64,000 nt of DNA from Macrostomum lignano (taxonomy: Eukaryota), in contig NIVC01003293.1 of assembly GCA_002269645.1 (NCBI GenBank), positions 1-64,000 on the forward strand, given 5' to 3'. The translations under genes were made by a program, and so were the position numbers. Each line of letters begins with the position of its first letter. Position 1 is the first letter of the stretch. Positions 1-12,159 of this stretch are shown here, piece after piece. The notes beneath the pieces were generated by a model that did not search any database, was not told the origin of the DNA, and saw only the letters and a list, made by a program, of their open reading frames with translations.

Positions 1-690
1 TACCTGTCTCTTGGTTGTGGCACTACCTGTCTCTTGGTTGTGCACCACCTGTCTCTTGGTTGTGCACTACCTGTCTCTTGGTTGTGCACTACCTGTCTCT
101 TGGTTGTGCACTACCTGTCTCTTGTTGTGCACTACCTGTCTCTTGGTTGTGCACTACCTGTCTCTTGGTTGTGCACTACCTGTCTCTTGGTTGTGCACTA
201 CCTGTCTCTTGGTTGTGCACTACCTGTCTCTTGTTTGTGCACCGCCTGTCTCTTGGTTGTGCACTGCCTGTCTCTTGGTTGTGCACTACCTGTCTCTTGG
301 TTGTGCACTACCTGTCTCTTGGTTGTGCACTACCTGTCTCTTGGTTGTGCACCTGCCTGTCTCTTGGTTGTGCACTACCTGTCTCTTGTTGTGCACCGCC
401 TGTCTCTTGGTTGTGCACCGCCTGTCTCTTGGTTGTGCACTACCTGTCTCTTGGTTGTGCACTACCTGTCTCTTGGTTGTGCACTACCTGACCGCCTGTC
501 TCTTGGTTGTGCACTACCTGTCTCTTGTTTGTGCACTACCTGTCTCTTGGTTGTGCACTACCTGTCTCTTGTTTGTGCACTACCTGTCTCTTGGTTGTGC
601 ACTACCTGTCTCTTGGTTGTGGCACTACTCTGTCTCTTGGTTGTGCACTACCTGTCTCTTACTACCTGGTTGTGCACCGCCTGTCCCATA
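1..690. repeat. 22-bp minisatellite (TACCTGTCTCTTGGTTGTGCAC)n
   Basis: About 30 tandem copies; runs off the window start. Confidence 0.98.
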
Positions 691-1352
691 GCTATTAATG
701 AAGCATTTTGCAATCTATATTCATATAGCTATCGTTAGCAGCCAAATGAGGAAGAATTACAGTAGGTTTACACGAGAAATAATTGATGGTAACTGCGGTA
801 TATGCATATGCAGAGCATAGATATTGATTGTTTAGTTTACTTAGTGTCGGTTGACCTTTCAAAGTAGACGGTATGTAAGTTAAGTTTCGGTAGAAGTTTA
901 GAAGTTAAGCATTTTCAAAAATCAGAAATGACAAACTCTAATAGAAGAAACAATCAAGAAGTGCAACAGAGGGGCTTTATGATACACATGAATATTTTTA
1001 CTGGTTATTTTTGCTAGCCCACTTTTTAGGTGAAACTAAATATTAAGCTCATTGACAAACTTTTTAGACAGAACAAAGCCCTGAAAAGGCATCAGCTATA
1101 GCACTCACTTCATGCTAGTGAAAGTTTTTTGAATTATGTATTCGAAGTATGTAGTTTTGATTGATGACTCTGATTGCAATGCTATCGCATTTTGATCAGT
1201 AGCTAATATATGTGCCAGCAAAGTATACAATGCTGGCACGCCCTCCCCAATAGGTCTTATCAGGCATTTATTGTCATACTGCATAACACCTGATCTCAAT
1301 TAGAGGCAAAGATGAGTCATCAAGTTTTCCTATGCAGCTCTAAGCTCGACTG

Positions 1353-1455
1353 TCAGCCCAGATTGGCGTCCTCTCCCTCCTCATCGCAGCCTTCCTCAGA
1401 ATTTGCCGAATTCGGTCCGTAGACTAATTCGCTGATGCTGGCGGATCGTCTGCAG
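1353..1455 (-). CDS. GPCR putative terminal exon (CRRSASISELVYGPNSANSEEGCDEEGEDANLG*)
   Basis: Reached through a 44-nt GC-AG intron (CG|gcaagt...ctacag|C). Gives a post-helix-8 Cys and an acidic tail; stop at 1353-1355. Confidence 0.45.
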
Positions 1456-4400
1456 CTGTAGCAGCAGCAGCAGCAGCAACAACAACAAGCCAGACTTGCC
1501 GCCGACGGATGCTGGCGTCAACCAGCAGGAAGAACAGTGGATAGGCCGCGCAAGTGGCGTAGGCTATCCACTTCATATCGGCGACGCTTCTTGCGGACGG
1601 GCCGAGTCCCTCCCGGCAGGCGGTGACGCTGTCGCAGAGGCAGTAGAGCAGAATGCCCAGACTGTGCGGCGACCAGAGCACCAGGCTGACCGCGAATGCG
1701 CACAGGTTTAATTGGCAGGCGGATTTCTCGCTGCGCAGCATCCGACGCCAGGAATTGTTGACCAGTTGACGTCTGCGACGCTTCTGCTTCTGATCAGATG
1801 CTTGGCTGTGGCGATGCTGCTGCTGATGCTGAATCTGAATTGCGTCGTCCTCGTCGTAGGAGAATGCCGATGCTGGAATCTCCATCGGAGTTTGAGCTTG
1901 TTGTTGATTTAGCAGAGCTTGACTATGCACTGGACAGGTTGTCATAGCAACTGGGAGGAGCTCCTTTGGGATTGGGAAACCTCTGGGACTCAGTGTCAAA
2001 CTGGCGCCGCTCTCGCCGCCATTGTTCTTCGCGGCTCCGCTAGACTTGAAAGTGTGACAGCTGCGACTCGACGGCACATTGCAGGCCGGGCCACCGCCGT
2101 GAGACTCCTCCGGCGCCTCGGGTATCGGGGTCATTCGGTACAGCTCGTAGGCGCTGGTCGCGTCCCGGCTTAGCGAGCTGCTGCTACCGCCGCCGTTTCC
2201 TCCACCGTAGGCCAGCAGCGTCTCCCTTGTGCAGTCTCTCGGTACCGAAGTGCTATGAATTGTTGCCGAGGACGAGGATGATGATGAAGGTAGTAGTGAG
2301 AGCGTAGGACGGCGCTGACCGAGAGTTTGCGCTCTCTGATGCTGATGACGGTAGCTGTCCGTTTCTGAAATGCAGGTGACATCAAGGACTCGACAGCTGC
2401 CGCCACCTCCGCCGCCAATGGATGACGCCGATTCCAGTTCGGACTGCTGCTTGTGATAGGACCTGCAATTGCAATTTTTGCGTATTACGATGTTCGGTCA
2501 TTCTCAGATATCTCTATCTCTGAAATTTATTTCGAAGAAGGCCTTTTTGGTATTCAAATATGTTTTCTGTTAGTTCTTTCGTAGTATCTAGAAGTCGAAT
2601 TCAATAAGCCGGACGGAGGATTACTTCTGGGAGGTTTACGAGCTAAAGAATTTTTTGCGTCTAAAAACCTTGCGTGTGTATTCTGAACTCAAAAGTCTTC
2701 TGTAGCATCTGGACACAGCCTTCTGTGTGAGCTCAGAAGTCTTCTGTAGCATCTGGACACAGCCTTCTGTGTGAGCTCAGTATTCTACACAAAAATTCTG
2801 CGCATTTCTTGCAGACTGTCAGACTCTGTCAAACTGAATTCAGCAACCTCCATGCACTGTACTCACCTGATGAGCTCGCTGACCAACTCGAGATCTTGCT
2901 GTCCCCTGACCGAAGCCAGCTGACAGAAACCCAGACACAGCATCAGCAGGCTGGCTAAACAGGGCACCCCGTACGACATGCAGGCTCGCAGGATGACAAA
3001 GTTCGGATCGCGGTGCAGGCAGACTCCCGCGGAGCTGTCAAACAAATTCTCGTGCCGTTTGCTGATGGCGAACTCGGCCGTAGTCTGGATGAAGCTGACG
3101 CTCCAAGGTGCGCCAAGTTTTAGGCAGGTCGAGCCGCGAGTCGTAGAGTAAGCGTAGCGAATTGGATACCGGAGCCTCAGCCAGGTGTCAATGGTGGAGC
3201 CGAGGCAGTGCAGGAACACCAGGTTGCACAGGAACGTGTCCATGTAGATCCAGGCGATGCACAGGGTGTTCATCAGACTGGCGTGGCCCCTGCCTGTGTA
3301 GGTATTTAATAACTTCATGGGTTTGATGGCGAGAGGACAACGCCAAGAAGTCTGCATAACTAAATTCCTAAATTATTTGAGAATAGGTACTGTTAATCTT
3401 CATTTTGACGCCGCAGGCACTCATTTTGGCTCTACAGGTACAAAAGACTGACAGGGCTGGATGTCAGAGAGTGACAAATTTTAGTGTCAGAGAGTGACAA
3501 ATTTTGGTGTCAGAGAGTGACAACTTTTGGTGTCAGAGAGTGACAACTTTGTGTCATAGAGTGACAAATTCTGGTGTCTAAGAGTGACAAATTCTGGTGT
3601 CATAGAGTGACAAATCTGGTGTCATAGAGTGACAAATTCTGGTGTCGAGTGACAAATTCTGGTGTCGAGTGACAAATTCTGGTGTCGAGTGACAAATTCT
3701 GGTGTCGAGTGACAAATTCTGGTGTCGAGTGACAAATTCTGGTGTCAGAGAGTGACAAATTTTAGTGTCAGAGATCGACAAATTTTGGTGTCAGAGAGTG
3801 ACAAATTCTGGTGTTAGAGATCGACAAATTTTGGTGTCAGAGATCGACAAATTTTGGTGTCAGAGAGTGACAAATTTTGGTGTCAGAGATCGACAAATTC
3901 TGGTGTCAGAGAGTGACAAATTTTGGTGTCAGAGAGTGACAAATTTTAGTGTCAGAGATCGACAAATTTTGGTGTCAGAGAGTGACAAATTTTGGTGTCA
4001 GAGATCGACAAATTTTGATGTCAGAGAGTGACAAATTTTGGTGTCAGAGATCGACAAATTTTGATGTCAGAGAGTGACAAATTGGTGTCAGAGATGACAA
4101 ATTGGTGTCAGAGAGTGACAAATTTTGGTGTCAGAGAGTGACAAATTTTGGTGTCAGAGATCGACAAATTTTGGTGTCAGAGAGTGACAAATTTTGGTGT
4201 CAGAGATCGACAAATTTTGGTGTCAGAGAGTGACAAATTTTGGTGTCAGAGATCGACAAATTTTGAGTGTGACATTTTAGTGTCAGAGATCGACAAATGG
4301 TGTCAGAGAGTGACAAACCTACTAGCTACTAAATCGCTCACATCAGATAGGAATTTACTGCATTCTCTCAATGGAGCCAGACCGGATAGATAAGTTAGAC

Positions 4401-7400
4401 CAGCTCTTAGCTAGATTAGTTAGTCAAATAAGCCCCGGCCTAGGAGTGTGAGACTGTCGGTTTATATCGATTTGAAATTGAAACATTAGCTTTGGGCACG
4501 GGATTGCAAAGTCAATCGTATAGAGTAGACTGCAGGGTGTAATTAGGGGCTTGGGGGATTATGATGGCCGGGAGAGATTCGGAATTCTCTTCCATCCACC
4601 CCCTTCCTCACGCAGGCCCCACACTCATTTAATTAGTTGGGGTCACGTGGCTCTTCGAGCTTAACAACTAACTGTTCTAACACCCACCGGTTCTGGGCAG
4701 AGTCAAAGCTATCGGATTCCGAATCGCTCAGGGATTTGGGATTGTAGAGGCAGGATCAGAGCCAGATGGTCCCGCGGTCGGTGTATCCTCATTCTCACTC
4801 CCGCTCCTCCGCTCATTCACCACCGCTCTGACATACCGCTGGGGTCCCTAGTGATTCATGAAAGCACGGCACAGCCACCCGACCACATTCATCGGGCTCA
4901 ATTTCCCCCTAGGGATTAAGACCCGGCCGCCCGCATCCCCTTTCTGCTTTAATCTCCGTCCAAGTCGCCTTTGCAGTCTCAATTTGCTCTGTTCTGCTCG
5001 GCAAATGCTGGAATTGCAGTGTACGCTGGAATGACTTGACATGAGACATACAACCTATGGCACACATTATTATATGTGTATGCTGTTTTATGAGATGCTA
5101 TAGGCACAGCTTTCTGCTGTCATATATATATTGTACTACAATAATATAACTTGTACGTCCAACATTGCTTATTAATTATAGGCTAGGCCAAGCAAGAACA
5201 GTGTGCTCCATCCATTGATTGGATTTTATTGATTTGATTTATTTTTTTAAGGACTTCATGATTTATTTACAGGTTTCATCTGGTCACTGGAGGTACAAAT
5301 AGGTCACTGGAGGTCACAATGAGTCACTGGATATCCCAATGAGTCACTGGATATCCCAATGAGTCACTGGATATCCCAATGAGTCACTGGACATCCCAAT
5401 GAGTCACTAGAGGTCACAATAGATTACAGAAGAGCCCATCAGATCGCTTGAAGTTTAAATGGTTAATATTCGGTTTCAATTATGTCTGGTTAATAAAGTT
5501 TCAAACTTTTAGACCCAAACCTGGATCCTTTCTGCCTGTCTCGCATCAAGAAATATACGCTGGATCATCAAGTCTTATAATTGGTCTGCCTTAAAAATCG
5601 AACATCAGAATAATTGCGCTCGAATAAAAAATTGCCGAAATTTTGGATTTCCTCTATTCACTTTTGGAAGAATTTGAAGAAGGTCTGGGAGTCTGGGGAG
5701 CAATAACTGCGAACTTGAAAAGAGAAAAAACATCGTCTTCCCCAAGTGCGAGGAGGTTCGGGCGGGGGATGCACCAGAATGAGATTGAATGCCTGGGAGG
5801 GATTTTTCAACCTTAATTCTCCCTTTACCCTCTGCCACCCCGTGCCTGTCGCTCCGAAGAAACCCCCAGCATCCAAGCCCCCAGGAGCACTTGACTGATC
5901 ATCGTCTGCTTTTGGGCAGATGAAGCTTGAAGCAAGCGAAGTCTTGCTTGGCTTGTCTCGTCCTAGCAGAGGGCGGAGCAGGCCGTGAGGGACGAGAGTG
6001 AAGAGTGAAGTGAAGGCACGAAACTCACCAGCCAGTTGGGCCGCCTAGGAGAGAACTTGAAGCTAAACGTGCAATCTGGAGAGTGGAAACTATGAGAGAG
6101 CAAGTTTTCAATTTCTATCTCTAGGGAGTTGTCTTGAAGATCGAACTCAAGGTTGTGTTACCAATTTATGATCCCTTTGCGTGCAGCTTTACATCATCCT
6201 AGCTATGTAGGGCCAGACGCTATAAACTAGTAGACGGTGCTGTAATTTGATAGTTCAGGCTGCTAAAAAAGCAGGTCCACAGCACAAGAAGAGATTCTGT
6301 AGAGAGGCCGCGGATGCTTCATTATTAAGGGCACTTGCTGACAGGAAACCGCGCGGGAGTATCGGGATTTATCTCTTGAGCATAGTTCGTGCTGTGTATC
6401 TATGCCGCGCTTCTATCTGAGTTCTCTCTGACATTGAGACAACTCTGAGCTTGATTCAGCTTATATTCCGCTGGGGTCGCAGACTCGTCACTTGGAAACT
6501 GGTTGGAAAATTTTTCTATGTCTTTTTTAGCACCGGGTGCTTTAGCACCGGGTGCTTTAGCACCGGGTGCTTTAGCACCGGTTGATTTGGCACCGGGGGA
6601 TTTAGCACCGGGGGATTTAGCACCGGTTGATTTAGCACCGGGGGCTTTAGCACCGGGAGTTTTAGCACCGGTTGATTTAATACCGGGGGCTTTAGCTCCG
6701 GTTGATTTAGCACCGGTTGATTTAGCACCGGGGGCTTTAGCACCGGTTGATTTACCACCGGGGGCTTTAGCACCGGGGGCTTCAGCACCGGTTCATTTAG
6801 CACCGGTTCATTTAGCACCGGTTCATTTAGCACCGGGGGCTTTAGCACCGGTTCATTTAGCACCGGGGGCTTTAGCACCGGTTCATTTAGCACCGGGGGC
6901 TTTAGCACCGGGAGTTTTAGCACCGGTTGATTTAATACCGGGGGCTTTAGCTCCGGTTGATTTAGCACCGGTTGATTTAGCACCGGGGGCTTTAGCACCG
7001 GTTGGTTTACCACCGGGGGCTTTAGCACCGGGGGCTTTAGCACTGGGGGCTTTAGCACCGGTTCATTTAGCACCGGGGGCTTTAGCATCGGTTCATTTAG
7101 CACCGGGGGCTTTAGCACCGGGAGTTTTAGCACCGGTTGATTTAATACCGGGGGCTTTAGCTCCGGTTGATTTAGCACCGGTTGATTTAGCACCGGGGGC
7201 TTTAGCACCGGTTGATTTAGCACCGGGGGCTTTAGCACCGGGGGCTTTAGCACCGGTTCATTTAGCACCGGGGGCTTTAGCACCGGTTCATTTAGCACCG
7301 GGGGCTTTAGCACCGGTTCATTTAGCACCGGGGGATTTAGCACCGGGGATTTAGCACCGGGGATTTAGCACCGGGGATTTAGCACCGGGGGATTTAGCAC

Positions 7401-10400
7401 CGGTTGATTTAGCACCGGTTCATTTAGCACCGGTTCATTTAGCACCGGTTGATTTGGCACCGGGGATTTAGCACCGGGGGATTTAGCACCGTTGATTTAG
7501 CACCGGGGGCTTTAGCACCGGGAGTTTTAGCACCGGTTGATTTAATACCGGGGCTTTAGCTCCGGTTGATTTAGCACCGGTTGATTTAGCACCGGGGGCT
7601 TTAGCACCGGTTGATTTACCACCGGGGGCTTTAGCACCGGGGGCTTCAGCACCGGTTCATTTAGCACCGGTTCATTTAGCACCGGGGGCTTTAGCACCGG
7701 TTCATTTAGCACCGGGGGCTTTAGCACCGGTTCATTTAGCACCGGGGGCTTTAGCACCGGTTCATTTAGCACTGGGGCTTTAGCACCGGGAGTTTTAGCA
7801 CCGGTTGATTTAATACCGGGGCTTTAGCTCCGGTTGATTTAGCACCGGTTGATTTAGCACCGGGGGCTTTAGCACCGGTTGGTTTACCACCGGGGGCTTT
7901 AGCACCGGGGGCTTTAGCACTGGGGGCTTTAGCACCGGTTCATTTAGCACCGGGGGCTTTAGCATCGGTTCATTTAGCACCGGGGGCTTTAGCACCGGGA
8001 GTTTTAGCACCGGTTGATTTAATACCGGGGGCTTTAGCTCCGGTTGATTTAGCACCGGTTGATTTAGCACCGGGGGCTTTAGCACCGGTTGATTTAGCAC
8101 CGGGGGCTTTAGCACCGGGGGCTTTAGCACCGGTTCATTTAGCACCGGGGGCTTTAGCACCGGGGATTTAGCACCGGGGGATTTAGCACCGGGGATTTAG
8201 CACCGGGGGATTTAGCACCGGTTGATTTAGCACCGGTTCATTTAGCACCGGTTCATTTAGCACCGGGGGATTTAGCACCGGGGATTCAGCACCGGGAGAT
8301 TCAGTACCGGGGGATTCAGCACCGGGGGATTCAGCACCGGGGGCTTCAGCACCGGGGGCTTTAGCGAGGAGAGTGACTGATTGCAGTTGAATCCGCCAAC
8401 TCCAGTGTAGAGGGGCAGAGAAGCCTCTCTGTCTTCGCTTCTTTCTTGAGGTCGTGTGACGCACAAAAAATTGCAAAACTCAACGAGGCGTGAAAAGGAG
8501 AGCCTCCATCCACCACCGGAAGCTGTGAGCTATCTAGCTAGCTATTAGATGAAGGCTCAAAATAAAAAATTCCTCGGGAATTGATCTTGCCCTGTCACTG
8601 CGCTCTGGCCTCGAGGCTTCAAATCTGCAGTGACCCCAGCTTCATCCTCGTTCCCAGCTTCTTTTTTTATTTTCCAGCTGCTCTTGTTCACCCCCTCTCC
8701 TAAAGTGAGATTCGTCATCCCTGCTGCTGGAGCAACAGAAGTTGGCGTGACTGATTGCCCAGACTGCTCAATGCTACTCAGCTATGCACGATCTGCCAAC
8801 CCAAGCAAGATCTTTTCAATTCTTTGCTGGTCTCGTCTCTTCTGGAAGCTTTCCAATGCACAGTCTATCATAAGAGTGACATTTTTTGTAGCAAAAATGG
8901 ACAGGAGAGTGACATCTTTGTAGTTTGGAAGGATTGAGGAGAGTGACACTTTTGTAGTTCAGTAGGATTTAGAAGAGTGACATTTTTATTTTTAGTATGA
9001 CTGAGGAGAGTGACACTTTTGTAGTTTCGTAGGATTAAGAAGAGTGAAATTTTTGTTATTTAGTAGGACTGAGGAGAGTGACATTTTAGTAGTTTAGTAG
9101 GATTTAGAAGATTGACATTCTTTAGTTTAGTAGGACTGAGGAGAGTGACATTTTTGTAGTTTAGTAGGATTTAAAAGAGTGACATTCTTTAGTTTAGTAG
9201 GACTGAGGAGAGTGACATTTTTATAGTTTGGAAGGATTAAGGAGAGTGACATTTTTGTAGTTTAGTAGGATTTAGAAGAGTGACATTTTTGTTGTTTAGT
9301 ATGACTGAGGAGAGTGGGATTTTTGTAGTTTGGAAGGATTTAGAAGAGTGACTTTTTTGTTATTTAGTAGGACTGAGGAGAGTGACATTTTAGTAGTTTA
9401 GTAGGATTTAGAAGATTGACATTCTTTAGTTTAGTAGGACTGAGGAGAGTGACATTTTTATAGTTTGGAAGGATTAAGGAGAGTGACATTTTTGTAGTTT
9501 AGTAGGATTTAGAAGAGTGACATTTTTGTTGTTTAGTATGACTGAGGAGAGTGGGATTTTTGTAGTTTGGAAGGATTTAGAAGAGTGACTTTTTTGTTCC
9601 TTAGTATGATTGAGGAGAGCGACATATTTTTAGTTTAGTAGGACTGAAGAGAGTGACATTTTTGTAGTTTGGAAGGATTGAGGAGAGTGACATTTCTGTA
9701 GTTTAGTAGGATTGAGGAGAGTGACATTTTTGTAGTTTGGAAGGATTGAGGAGAGTGACATTTCTGTAGTTTAGTAGGATTGAGGAGAGTGACATTTTTG
9801 TAGTTTAGTAGGATTGAGGAGAGTGACATTTTTGTAGTTTAGTAGAATTGAGGAGAGTGACATTTTTTAATTCGGAAGGACTGGAGAGTGAGTCTATAAG
9901 TCTCTCTATATAGGAGCTGACTGACACAGACCAGTCTGTTTCAATTTCCATTAGTGTACAAGTAAGTTATAATACTGATATCAAGTCTGTCAATTCTTTT
10001 AAGCTCCTCCAAAGTTCTTCAATAAAATCCAACTCAGATTAAGTTGATCTATCCCTGTAAGCCCCAAAGTAGCAATATAATTAATTGGTACAAAGCAAAC
10101 CATATAACTAATGAAAGTATTGATTTTTCGAGGCTCCAGGATCTCTCTCTCTCTCTCTCTCTCTCTCGGTCCGTCTGTCTGAACAAATCTAAATTCTCGG
10201 TTGACTGGCCATTCCAATTCCAAAATAATCTTGTTGTGATCCGTTCGGGCCCAGCTAGGGGAACTCAGGGGGGGGGGTTCGGAACTTCGATTTCTTTACT
10301 GCAACTTGTAGATGCTTCAACAAAATACGTTAGTTACGACATATAATAATGCATATGAATTTGATTCCCAATATAGACCAAATGAGCCAAGTTGCCACCG

Positions 10401-10468
10401 GTATGTAACAGTTTATATTTTGCCGGAAACTTCGCCACAAATGAGCTACCAGCCGCGATAATAAGGCT

Positions 10469-10503
<35 letters not shown>

Positions 10504-11766
10504 TCTCTAAATACCTTTTGGTGAAGCTACCAAGTGCGCTCAATAATGTTATAGTGTAGCACTCTGCCTCGCTACTACTATTAGTCTAATTTGCATGCCA
10601 TTGAGAATTGAACGCTGTAGTAGCGCGGGACTAACGACCCGAGTTCAGTGTGTAATCCTATCAGGCCTGTTATATTACATATTTGGGATGCTTACTTGGT
10701 CCGTTAGTAAAGAAAGTCCTCATATACTACATCTGAGAGACGACAAGTATGTGCATCGGATCTGGCGGCAACAAGCTCTAACAACTGGGTAAGTTTCGCC
10801 CTTACTTGCAGGATAAGCCGCTGAATGAAGCATCCTCTTGAGCAATCCAATCAATTTTAGTTGAGTTCTTCAAGCTCATGCTATTGGCGATGAATCATGC
10901 TTGTTGCCATGGTCGTGATTTTATTTTTGATCATAACACAGCTTTTAGTTTGAGGGGAATGCCAGTGTCATGAACGACGAATCAAGGACCCAAATCAGGG
11001 GCGCCGAATCATGAGCGCCAAGTCAGATGCGTCGAACCACGGGCGCCGAATCAAGGGCCGAATTAGGGGCGCCAAGTCGTGGGCGCCAAATCAGAGGCAC
11101 CGAAGCAGAGGCGCCAAATCAGGGGCGCCAAATTAGGCGCGCCAAATCAGAGGCGCCGAATCAAGGGCGCCAAATCAAGGGCGCTGAATCAAGGGCGCCG
11201 AATAAAGGGCGCCGAATCAAAGGCGCCGAATTCGGGGCGCCAAATCAGAGGCGCCAAATCAGAGGCGCCGAATTAGGGGCACAAAATCATGGGCGCCAGA
11301 TCAGGAGCGCCGAATCTTCGGCTCCGAATCATTGGCGCCGAATTCGGGGCGCCAGATCAATAAAATCAATCAATCAAGCCCAAATCAACTCAAATTATGC
11401 ATATAATGAGGGGCAAAATTAATAGCACCAACAAGACAATGTCTGAAAGTGGCTGTGAGAAAAAACTACAAGTTCAAAAGGCTGGTTGGAAACCACGCTC
11501 TCACCAATGACTTCTTGAAGAACTCCAGGCGGAAAGCAGAGCAGAGTCTGCAACAACATCGCCCAGCAAATCGAGCTGACATAATTATAAGTGACAGCTG
11601 ACAGACGCTTGTCTCTTTTCAGGCCTGACAACACTAAACTGTTCAATATGAGGGAGCACAGAACTACAACTGTACAGCCGATGAACTGTGGGGTCAGTGG
11701 CAGGAGCAGGTATTCGGAAATCCTGTAGCCTAGCAAGTTGTCTGTTGAGACTGTTGAGTTAGTCAT
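1353..11766 (-). CDS. Rhodopsin-class (class A) aminergic-like GPCR, whole gene; exons 11505-11766, 2867-3293, 1500-2462 and probably 1353-1455 (about 584 aa)
   Basis: Seven TM segments with class A landmarks: N1.50 (ILNSLV), P2.59, C3.25/W3.28/D3.32/C3.36 (CIAWIYMDTFLC), W4.50, ECL2 Cys, P5.50, E6.30, W6.48-x-P6.50, W7.40/Y7.43/P7.50. Long ICL3. GT-AG introns are phase-consistent (1 and 2). Confidence 0.9.
1500..2462 (-). CDS. GPCR exon 3 (long ICL3, TM6, TM7)
   Basis: Acceptor ttgcag|G at 2462; the frame stays open into the tracked ORF 1424-2134 (EKSACQL...VLWSPHS...KWIAYATCAAYPLFF). The 3' boundary is uncertain: putative GC donor at 1499, otherwise stop at 1424. Confidence 0.85.
2867..3293 (-). 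CDS. GPCR exon 2 (TM3-TM5)
   Basis: Acceptor tacacag|GC (phase 1); donor AG|gtgagt (phase 2); encodes CIAWIYMDTFLC...IDTWLRLRYP...APWSVS...VCLHRDP...YGVP. Confidence 0.9.
3460..4317. repeat. 20-23-bp minisatellite (GAGAGTGACAAATTTTGGTGTCA)n
   Basis: Tandem copies in GPCR intron 1. Confidence 0.97.
5283..5420. repeat. 20-bp minisatellite (GTCACTGGATATCCCAATGA)n
   Basis: About 7 copies. Confidence 0.9.
6528..8365. repeat. 15-bp minisatellite (TTAGCACCGGGGGCT)n with higher-order structure
   Basis: About 120 copies; source of the LAPGA and PPVLK ORFs. Confidence 0.98.
8870..9870. repeat. About 34-bp minisatellite (GAGGAGAGTGACATTTTTGTAGTTTAGTAGGATT)n
   Basis: About 30 diverged copies. Confidence 0.96.
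10985..11360. repeat. About 20-bp GC-rich minisatellite (GGCGCCAAATCAGAG-type)
   Basis: Degenerate tandem copies. Confidence 0.92.
11505..11766 (-). CDS. GPCR exon 1 (N-terminus, TM1, TM2)
   Basis: ATG at 11766 (MTNSTV, N-glycosylation sequon); TM1 CTVVVLCSLILNSLVL; TM2 YVSSICWAMLLQTLLCFPP; phase-1 donor G|gtgaga at 11504. Confidence 0.85.
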
Positions 11767-12159
11767 GACAGTGTTTTGGTTCGCGGTTCTCCAAGTCAAG
11801 TTTCGGTCGGGGATGTTATTATGTGATGAGGGCCGGGGCCAGCCTCCCGGCTAATGCTGGCTCATATAGCACCCTTCATCATCAACAGCCAACGAAAAGC
11901 TTCTCCCACTTTGCTTTCTCGTCCCCAGATCCCGGTTTTCTCGTCTCTCTCCCCCCTCTGCAGCCAAGGAGAACTAGCTGGTGATCTACAATCTGGAGTG
12001 AAGTTTTGCTATAAAGAAATTATACTTATAGCAATGAAAGACTTAGGAGGCATTTGAATGACCTTCTGCTGGAAGAGCTGAATATTCATGCTAACTTGGC
12101 AGCCATTTTTCCACGCTGTACAACGCTTTTAAATCATTACGCGCGTATTATTCAATTCT

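Noticed and set aside
11-738. Cys/Leu-rich ORFs in three frames
   Set aside because: Translations of a 22-bp minisatellite that lacks stops; no coding signal.
6503-8476. LAPGA / PPVLK collagen- or extensin-like ORFs
   Set aside because: 15-bp array inside GPCR intron 1; 14-bp units break the frame and both strands are open.
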